Shown piece by piece: positions 54,657 to 64,000 of a stretch of 64,000 nucleotides of DNA (positions within the stretch are counted from its first letter, which is position 1; every line of letters starts with the position of its first letter). The position numbers were made by a program, and so were the translations under genes. The stretch spans positions 12,524,001 to 12,588,000 of the forward strand of contig OX597818.1 of NCBI GenBank assembly GCA_951406725.2. The letters are read 5' to 3'. The notes below the pieces were generated by a model. The model was not told the origin of the DNA. It searched no databases and saw nothing but the letters and a program-made list of their open reading frames with translations. The DNA is from Octopus vulgaris. Lineage: Eukaryota.

Positions 54657-55145
54657 TGTAGTAGTAGTAGATAAAGAGAATAGAAAATGTCAGATAATTG
54701 ACGTTACAGTCCCAAGTGATGAAGAAATCTTTATGAGAGGTACAGAAAAAATAGCAAAGTACCAGGATCTATCCGTTGAATTTCAGAGACTATGGAAAGC
54801 GCTGGTAAAATGTATCCCAGTAGTTATAGGTGCATTGGGAACTGTCCCTAAAGATCTGAACAGATGGTTAGAAGAAGTAGGCATAAAACCAAGTTTAGTA
54901 CAGCTCCAGAAAGCAGTGTTATTAGAGACAGCAAGGATACTTAGGAGGGTTCTTGACATCTAAAGTTATTTGTAATAGCCCGATTTTTTCAACAGTCTAA
55001 TCTGTTGTGTGAATAGGAAAAAATAATACAGTGTTATTAGGGGCAGCTGGGCTACTTAGGAGGGTTCTTGGAATCTAAGGTTACTTGTAGCCCGATGCTA
55101 GGAATTTTTCTTTTCCGACAATCTAATCTGTTGTGTGTATAAGAA
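53935..55145 (+). mobile_element. R4/Dong-type RLE element remnant with duplicated 3' end
   Basis: IPRKEGGRGL; CRLC..EESVTHIVSECSMLAQKEY..HD; WDFNIQT.RVIEARRLDLVV..IIDVTVP..EKIAKYQDL..PVVIGALG..QKAVLLETARILRRVL*. Confidence 0.88.
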
Positions 55146-55161
55146 TAATAATAATATTAAG

Positions 55162-55243
<82 letters not shown>

Positions 55244-55245
55244 GC

Positions 55246-55316
<71 letters not shown>

Positions 55317-55399
55317 CAACAGCAACAATAATAACTTCTTTATTAACCACAAAGCGTTTACATTAAGAGAAATATTACGGAAAGTACAGGACAAAGCAA

Positions 55400-55850
55400 A
55401 GAATGTGTGTATGTTTGGGAGTGCGTGTTCTGAGTGTTTTGCAATATGCGATCCTCAATCGGCAGGAGACTTTCGAGGGCTGCTCATGGAAAAATCCCAT
55501 AAAAACCATGTGTACCCTGACTTGTCGGGTAGGTGGCTTTTTCAGCTACAGGCGTATGCTCCGGCTGACCCGTTCACGCGCACCATTCTTGCCACTTTCA
55601 TCCACCTTCCAGCAAACTGCTGGAAGACATCACTTCTCTTATCTTACTTTTCAAGTGAAACTTGAAGAAGTTGACCAGGGATTGGCCAAAGAGAAAACTG
55701 ATTGTCTTCAGATCCTCAGTCTCGTCCACCATACAACTTCTTTCGTCATGGCCACCAGGCATATAAACACAGTCTATGTAAAAGCCAACAATGGCTCGAA
55801 AGTTCTGGACGAAATGCTGAACCGGTGGGACCGATTCTCGCTGCACAAGA
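55400..55850 (-). mobile_element. Tx1-like ORF2 C-terminal remnant related to the 31035-37056 element
   Basis: TVFICLVAMTKEVVWWTR / GQSLVNFFKFHLKSK aligns with AVFIVLVAMVKECVWWTR / GQTLINFFKYHLKWK. Confidence 0.75.
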
Positions 55851-55859
55851 CCAATGTCT

Positions 55860-56500
55860 GGCTACAAACATTTATGAAAGCAAAATAATGAAAACAGGCT
55901 TCAACACCAAATCAGAATGTGCAACCAGCACGATGAGACAGTTGATCACATCATTTCTAGCTGTCCATTTTTTTTTGCCAAATCTGAATATATATATACA
56001 GACACCACCGAGTAAGCATTTATATTCACTAGACAACATGCTATCACTACAACATAAAAGCTGATAATACATGGTATAGACATGTGCCAAACAAGGTAAC
56101 AGACAACGACCAAACCACAATCATTTGGGATATGTCTGTTCAAACCTACAACGAAATAAAAGCTAATCGGCCATAATAATCAGACATAATAATAAAGGAT
56201 TGGAAAGAAAAAAAAGCACCTGCTTACTGACAAACATTGTAGGTCCTTGTGATCAAAGAAGTGGAGAAATTGTAAAATTATAAAGACCTCCTCGCAATTG
56301 AAGTATTCAAGATATGAGGCATTTATGTGAAAACAGTACCAGTAATAAGTGGATTACTGGGTATGATAAAATACACATGAACAAAAACGTAGAAGCTATA
56401 CCTGGATCCTCAACACTACACACTATCCAAAACATAGACAACCTATACAAAACAATCCATAAACAGAAGTCACACTCTAAATATCAAATATCCAATGAAA
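55860..56500 (+). mobile_element. Degenerate R4/Dong-type RLE remnant
   Basis: DETVDHIIS.C; TIIWDMSVQTYNEIKANRP..DIIIKD; YKDL; KTVPVISG..G..IPG. Confidence 0.7.
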
Positions 56501-56728
56501 TAAAATACCACCAGCAATCTAGAAACCCAACACATTACGCAACCAATATAAAGACTAATACAACAACAGATAGTACGACACCTAAAAGAAAAAGAAACTA
56601 ACGCAATACTACAATACCGGGAAGAGTTTGCACATACCCAATAACAAAATAGAATACACAATGCTGCCCCCCCACCGAAACTCGGAGCCGTAGAAATTTG
56701 CCTGAAGCCACCAAATATTGAACAATGA

Positions 56729-56780
<52 letters not shown>

Positions 56781-56793
56781 GCACCTGCTGCTG

Positions 56794-56880
<87 letters not shown>

Positions 56881-57175
56881 AATGCCTTGTTGCAGTACCA
56901 AGCAATGGCTCTCATGGCCTCTGATCTTAACAAATTGGAAGTGTTATCATTTACATGTTTTGTCTTGGTGCTCAATATCATAGATTTGCTTCTCTGTTGC
57001 TTGACCATAACCAGTTGAGCATGTCCCCTAGTGGCTGATGACATGTGCATCTCTGATCACGAACAAGAGTAGTGGGGTAGCCTTATAGCCATGTCTGTAG
57101 AGGAATTCCTTGGGGTTTGAATAATTTACTTTTGGAAACATAGGTGTTTTGTTCAGCATCCTTAAACAAACTTTA
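56881..57175 (+). mobile_element. Partial copy of the 49603-50142 element after a (CTA)n tract
   Basis: tgcagtacca.gcaatggctctc..ttggaagtgttatcat..gagcatgtccc..tgcatctctgatcacga, with an internal deletion. Confidence 0.8.
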
Positions 57176-58429
57176 TTTCAATAAGCACTGGAGCACTTAT
57201 TGAAACCATGTATCTAAGGTTACAGCGAGTAACCCACTATCCACAAATTCTGCTAGAAATAAGACCAATCCCGAGTTAAGTAATAATAATCATTTTATGA
57301 AAAACTTTGATACTTTTGAGAAGAGAAACTATTGTCTACATATAAAATATGGAATATTTTCTATATACTGAAGCAGTATTCACTTTTCTGAATTAGATTT
57401 ATTATAGAATATTTCTATTATATTTTAGTCTCTTATAGACTAAACGTCAATAGGCATCAATACAGAATTTTTCTTTCGAAGCCTTGTGGCTGGGATTTTT
57501 AGAACATAGAAACAAAAAATTCTCCAAAAACAAAAACAAAAAACTAAAAAAACTTCCATTACTAACTATCTTCTTATGTATTTACTATTTTATTCATTTA
57601 CATTTTTCGCTCATGTAGAGAGAATGTAATTTGATAAGAACTGCAGGGTATATTCAAAATAAAATAAAATAAATAATAATTTAGTCGCAGTTTACAGATA
57701 AAAAAAAAATCATTCTCCGTTTCAGATTAATGTAAATCTACTGAGAGGATTTCCATTTTAAATATGATCGTGAAAGGCGTTTTACATTGATTCTTTTTAA
57801 ATTGAACAAAGCAGAATATATGATTGTTTTCTAACTGCAAACATATTTCTACACTGTAAATTTACAATTCTAGGATTTGAATTATACGAGAGCGAACATT
57901 ATATTTGTTGTTTTTTCCGCCAAACTGTCATGTTATCAGTTCCAATCAATACTTTTTTCAGCCACAAATAATAACAATTTATTTAATGAAACAAGTAATT
58001 TTATAACATTAAATTATTTCATGTCATTAAGTTTAGAGAAAGATAATCATTAACATCATGTGTATAGTTAAAATGAAAGTATTATTTGTCAAGCAATTAA
58101 TGATTATTAAGGCTTCTCATCATAGCTGAAAACAGTTATGTCATCACATTTTGCAAATATGAGTCTAGAAGGGTTTCCTTGTGAATATGTAGACACATTT
58201 TCGGATAAATTATTTAGTCTCTTATTTTTGTCGCATTTTCCCTCGTCTTGTTTCTAGTAATGTGAGTTGTCATTTACATTAACTCAACAGAAGAAAGCAG
58301 CTCTTGTAAAAGTAATCCACACCTCTCGCATCAGACCACGTGAGTATGCACATACATTATTATTATTTTTTGTTCATAAGGTTTCTTGATATCAATGTGC
58401 GAATAGATAGAATATATAAATCCTTATAT

Positions 58430-58680
58430 TCCTTTACTTGCTTCAGTCATTAGACTGTGGCCATGCTGGTGCACTGCCTTGAATTTTCTAATCGAATAAA
58501 TTGACCCCAGTACATATCTTGATTTAAAAGCTTGGCACTTATTTTATCGTACGCTTTTTGACAAACAGCTAAGTTACGGGGGCGTAACCAACACCGGTTG
58601 GCAATCGATGGTGGGAGGCAAGCACAGCCACAATGAAACACAATCAAACAAACACAGATACAGAGTCGCGCACACACATA
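58430..58680 (-). mobile_element. Family-B SINE 3' half
   Basis: cagtcattagactgtggccatgctgg..gctaagttacggggg. Confidence 0.75.
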
Positions 58681-58699
58681 TATGTTTAATCCCTGACTG

Positions 58700-61370
58700 C
58701 GCTTTCAAAGTGAACTAATTCAAACAACCTTCGTACGTTGTTATTCAGTTGGAGGTGAGAGTGATGCATTTCAAATTTAATTGAATTCTGGTCATATGAT
58801 CACCTCTACTGGTATTAAAGTTAAATAATGGTTTGAAAATGTTTATATTATAATTAATTGTAATAGTTTTGTTTACATTTTACTGTATGCAGTACATTAT
58901 TCATTCATAGTTATTTCACTTATTTTGGGTTTATACCCTCAATTAATATTATTGTTACTATTATTATAATGATATTTCGTAGTTTTAATAATCACAATCA
59001 TCATTCTAACAAGTATAATTTCTATAGATGGTAAGTTATATTTCTTTAAAACGTTTAAACGTATATTTTATCTCACAACCTGTTTCTGTCTAATGTTTAT
59101 AAGAGTAAATTTAGAAGTGAAAATTTGGTATATTCCTTCCACACAAAGCTCCCATTTAGTATCACCTATTCTATATAGTTTTGCTTAAAGAATTATTTCC
59201 CAAGCAATCGAAAATACTGTATTACTATCTTTTATTGGCCAAATTAGCTTACTAATGCTGATAGTTTTCATTTTGTCCCTATTTCTAAACGAACTTAGAT
59301 GATTAGCAATTCTCTGGTTAATGTAACATGAGCTAGATGCTATATAGAAATACTATCTATTCTCAGAGGTAATGTTACATCTTTATACGATATTTCTATG
59401 CCTACAATTATAGTTAAGCGGACAAACCCTGTTCCTTGCACAATCACATTTAATAGCACTACTAATTGTTTTACTAGTATCCATTTCAGCAACTCCAGAT
59501 GTGATTTCTATATTATCATGTCTATCTTTTAAGCTGTTAGTCCTTTCCACATAAACAACATTCTGAGCACTTTGCTTTTTAGGACCAACATCTACATCCA
59601 GATTAATTGCGGAGCTCCCGCGGGCCTCTTCAAATGGTTGTCAAACCATAATATATATCCTGATGCGTAGTTATGGTTTGTCCGGTCATGTTATGAGATG
59701 AACAATTGATTTGCAGGTCTTGCATAGTCGCTACAGCGGTCACATGTACGTTATAGAATCGAACTATGGAAGCTTATCAATAACTTCACAACAACGGTAA
59801 CAATAAAATTAACTCTTATTGGATGTGCTTTCTGAAAACATCTTTCACTTACGTGAAAAGTTAGAAATTTCTATTAATTCAACAAGTATCATTTCCACTA
59901 ATTGCCCAATTTTTAAATTAACTTTTCTAACTATACGATTTATTATAATAATTATGGCTGCAAATTTAGAGAGTAGTTCATTAGTGTGTCGAGCAGACTG
60001 CTTTGCGGCTTTCATTTCAGCTATTTTGTTCTAATTCCGCCGAGGTTAACACTGACGTTCATCATTTATGGTGCCATAAATAGAGCGCCACTCGATCCAT
60101 TTTTCTTTGTCCTCTCTCTAAGATACAATTTGCATTCAGTCTTGGAGTGGGATTGGTTCTCTCAAGCTTAGCAAAACCAGTCACGCCAGATGTCACTAAG
60201 AGAGACATTATAGTGAATATATGTATGACATCTGGCGTTGAGGGTCAAACACAAGGCAGTAAATGATTATTTTGAATGCTACGAAATATACAGTTTCAAC
60301 GCCACTGATCCTGGTTCTAAGACTAACACAATAACACTAACTCTACACCTTTATATCTCATTAAATTTACACGTATCTATACGACTATGCTCACACAAAA
60401 CAGTTCCAATAATTCTACATTTCAATACCCCTTAACCTGATGCTTGGAATTATTTTAATTTTTATTACAAGAACTGACATAAAGAATTCGTTTTTTTTTA
60501 TTTCTCTCTTTGTCAAAGCCTTTAGTTACTGTGAATTATTTCAGATTAAAAATTGAAAGGTTTATAATTTCGATCCCACAACTTATGCTATGTTATCTCT
60601 AAAGATTTTACTGTTTTCCGATTTGACTACAATCGCTTCCCTTATCACGCATTGACTGAAATTGTATAAATATGGCCCCAGCCAACAAATAAATAACTTT
60701 GTTATCAGTATAGCTTTCTGTCCGTCACAATTTCCGTTTCAATATATTTCAACACAATTACAATACTACCATGAAATCAATTTCCAAGATTACGTGAGAA
60801 TTATGACTTCTGTTGTTCATCGATATAAAGCTTCGGGCTTCTCCAATAAAGTAATATTTATTCAAATCATACTTCGGAAAGAAATATTATTTATAAAACA
60901 TTTAACTCTCAACGGCCATGTTACCATGATAAGATGCTTCCCTGCTGTAAAAGTTGAGTTGTATAAACATTTATTCTCTACGAAATATGGAAAAAATGGT
61001 ATTTCGTTCGATTGCAATGCCTAATTAATTAAGATCTATAATCAGTTGCAGGGTTCAAATATGTCCGTCTCATGAGCATAAGGCTACGTACAATTCGAAA
61101 ACGATGTAACACTATTTCTTCCTAAATTTCTCTCAATTTTATCACTCGCAGTTTGAATCAACTCGCAGTTTGTATTACATGCACATAAAAATGAAATTGT
61201 GAGCGTTGATGAAGAGATATTCCTAATAATAGTAAATTTTCGTGATAATTGCAATATTGATTCATTGCTGCTACTGACCGCAGGATCTCAATAAGTTTAT
61301 TTCTATTAAGGAAAACGTGATTTGCGAGAAGTATCGTATATCGCCAAGCAATATTCAATCCATATAATGG
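58700..61370 (+). pseudogene. Decayed multi-CUB (cubilin/tolloid-like array) gene segment, at least 3 CUB repeats
   Basis: 59338-59500 CYIEILSILRGNVTS..PCTITFNSTTNCFTSIHFSN; 59583-59850 GCQTII..YVIESNYGSLSI; ~60270 ECYEIYSFNATDPG..ITLT; ~60655 LKLY..IAFCPSQFPFQYIST..INF; ~61165 FVLHAHKNEIVSV..DNCNIDSL. Contains stops and frameshifts. Confidence 0.5.
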
Positions 61371-61699
61371 TAGCGGATAGGGAGAGTTATTTAAGCGTGG
61401 AACAAAATATTTTGCGTAAATAGTTTTTTTTTAGTAGAGTCTCATATTTCACCGAGGTCGAATTTGCCTTTTATACTTCTGGAGTCGATAAATAAATATC
61501 AAGTCAAGTACTAAGATCAAAATACTTGACTGTTCCATTCATTTTCAAATTTTGATCATTTATAAAATTGATATAAAAATCAAGTAAATCTCTTAGGAGA
61601 AACAAACACAGAGTTTTGCTCGGTTAAACAAATTATTACGCGTCGACATGAGAAATTTATCCTCATTTGCATTAAATTGTGGGTTAAAGATCTCGTTCA

Positions 61700-63300
61700 C
61701 GAAATTTGCGACTTAATCACAATTTCTGGTTCAACATATTTCCTTACCCTGGTGATTCTTCTATATCGTTGATAACTTACTGAATGCTATACTAACCCAT
61801 TTCTTCAAATCTAGCGTTGAGTGTATGTGAAATAATTTTTTGAAAATACGTGAGAATCTACACTTGTGATTTTCACCGAAGTAGATCTTCCGGCTTCTCG
61901 AATAAAGAAGTATTTATCCGGAATCGTTTTGCAAAGAAACATTTAGTGCAAATAGACATTTGGCCTAGTTAAAATCAGTCGTTCGACTAAGTTGGTGTTT
62001 TACAATCTCAATCGCTGTCAACGGATCTCAACGGATCTAACAGGATAATTATTTGCTTCCTATTAATAATATATTGGGTACAATGAAGGAAGTCAATATG
62101 AATGTTATCTATAAGACAAGTTATAAAACGTTGTTATCGGTAATAATGATAAATTGGTTAATGCGAAAAGCGATATAACATGATTGTGTATTATGATCGT
62201 TTATAATTTTCCAGGTAATTTCTCTTGTGAATTTGAGACTAAGGTGTAGATTGTTGAGAAAGGTGCTGAATTCTTCCAGATTTTCTTGGGGTTTGCTCCA
62301 AATTAGGAAACAATCATCGAGGTCTCTTTTCCATGTGTCCTCTACATGTCTTTTAAAGATCATGCAGTAGTTTCTCTTCAATCTTTTTTAGGCTTTGTTC
62401 CAAGTATCCCAATACTAGTTCGCGAAAACTGGAGCAAATTGCGTTCCCATAACTGTGCCTTGAATTTGGGGGTAGTTTTTTTCCGTTGAAAAGGAATGTG
62501 TTGCTTTCGAGGATGAGGCTGACCGCATCTAGTATGAAGCTAACAGTAAATCTACCGGGGATCGATTCTGTATGTTTCTTGACCCAATATTTTATGGTAG
62601 TAATTCCCAAATCGTGTGGAATGTTCGTATATAAGTTTGTTACCTCAGAATTAGCAGTGAATTGGATTCTGTTATTTTGGACAGATGCGACAGGAAATTG
62701 ATCTCATCCCGTATGAAACTGGGCATGTGACTACATAGTGGGTTTAGGATAATGCCAATGAGATTGCTCAGACGATGTGTAGGACAGACGGGACCAGCTA
62801 TAATGGGTCTTAGTTTAAGGTCTTTTGATTGTAGTAGTTTTATGTATTTCACAACCTTGTTCCTTTATAACGATTTGTATTTCTTTTGACTTATGAATCC
62901 CAGTAATATTCTGTTTCCATACAACAATGGGACCCCTTTATTCGTTTGTTTGATGACAATTGTGGGAATCTGTAGAGGATATCAATAAACTGATCTAGGT
63001 ACGTAACACGTCCTTTTGGCGGGTGAAGTTTTGATTTACTTTTCGCCAAGGCTTCGACATTTTCATTATTTTTAGCAGTAAAACACTCCACAAGTAGTTT
63101 CCGACAAAAGTTTTGGCTGACTGTAGGTGTGAATTTTAGTCCTTTCATCAATAATCGAAGTTCCTCAATGTCTACATTTCTTTTTGACAAATTGATAATT
63201 TTAGGGTCTATCCTATCAGTTGTTTCACAGTTGTTTCTTCTTGGACTTTTTCTGTATATGAATATAAACAAATTACAGAAGATTTCTACCAAATGAAATA
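61700..63300 (-). mobile_element. Penelope-like element reverse transcriptase remnant
   Basis: IINLSKR..LLMKGLKFTPT; LRPIIAGPVCPTHRLS..SFIRD; VTNLYTNIPH; LILESNTFLFNG..GTVMG; WKRDLDDCFLIW..LNNLH..KFT. Confidence 0.88.
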
Positions 63301-63609
63301 AAAACGATCGAAACCAACTAAGTTTGCTTACTTATAAAACCATTACATGTAAACCACAAGATAATTGGTTATAATGAAGGCGGGATCTATGGCAGTAATA
63401 GCGGTACACCCGGCAAACCGTGACGTTTAACTGCATGCAGATTGGTCAAAACACATTCCAGAAATTCAGCTTGTTGGAGCCGTCTAAAAGTTCGCATGAT
63501 TGTGTATAGAGGAATACATTGATCAATGAAATTCCATGTTAGTCTGATTTTTCACGTTTTATTATTTACAAATTTTACAATTTTACTATATTGAAATAAA
63601 CCAGTACTT

Positions 63610-63773
63610 GGACCGGGCGATGCGTTGTGTTCGTGAGCAAAACACTTTATTTCACTTTGCTCCCGTTCACTCAACTGGCAAAAATGAGTTATCCTGCGAC
63701 GGATCGGCGTCTCGTCCAGGTGGGGAACATATACGCCCTTGTGAGCCTGACATGGCTCGAAGAGGAAACATTT
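63610..63773 (+). mobile_element. Third SINE family fragment (CORE/V-like)
   Basis: gcgttgtgttcgtgagcaaaacacttt..cctgcgacggatcggcgtctcgtccagg; typical SINE central and tail motifs. Confidence 0.5.
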
Positions 63774-63794
63774 ATTATATACATATAAATATTA

Positions 63795-63965
63795 CTATTT
63801 TACTTGTTTCAATCATTTGAAAGCGGCTTATAGTCGAGCAAGTCGACTCCAGGTCTAGTACTAATCCTATCGGTTTCTTTTGCCGAACCGCTAAATTACG
63901 GGGGCGTAAGCACCAACATCGGGTGCCAAGCGATAGTGGGGGTACAAATACAGACATTCAAACAT
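63795..63965 (-). mobile_element. Family-B SINE 3' half
   Basis: tcgagcaagtcgac..tttgccgaaccgctaaattacgggg..caagcgat. Confidence 0.75.
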
Positions 63966-64000
63966 ACATACATACATACATATATATCCATCCATTCACG

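Overview
Eukaryotic, AT-rich DNA saturated with microsatellites and repeats. The tRNA-derived SINE families and the repeat landscape resemble a cephalopod (Octopus-like) genome; this assignment is an inference. No intact host gene is visible, and most ORFs in the supplied track are microsatellite artefacts. The supported content is: (1) one near full-length L1/Tx1-clade retrotransposon (31035-37056) inserted in a (TCTA)n tract with an 11-bp target-site duplication (TSD); (2) Penelope-like element (PLE) remnants (GIY-YIG, RT) plus many small inverted-repeat units carrying minimal hammerhead ribozyme (HHR) motifs; (3) a 7-kb co-oriented pile-up of R4/Dong-type RLE retrotransposon 3' ends and a ~540-bp non-coding element, mostly sitting in (TAA)n tracts; (4) SINEs, non-autonomous Helitrons, RTE, mariner and MITE remnants; (5) about a dozen decayed exon-like segments on both strands that translate by eye into CUB/CUB-like domains, suggesting a pseudogenised CUB gene cluster. 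All family calls come from motif recognition by eye, with no database searches.
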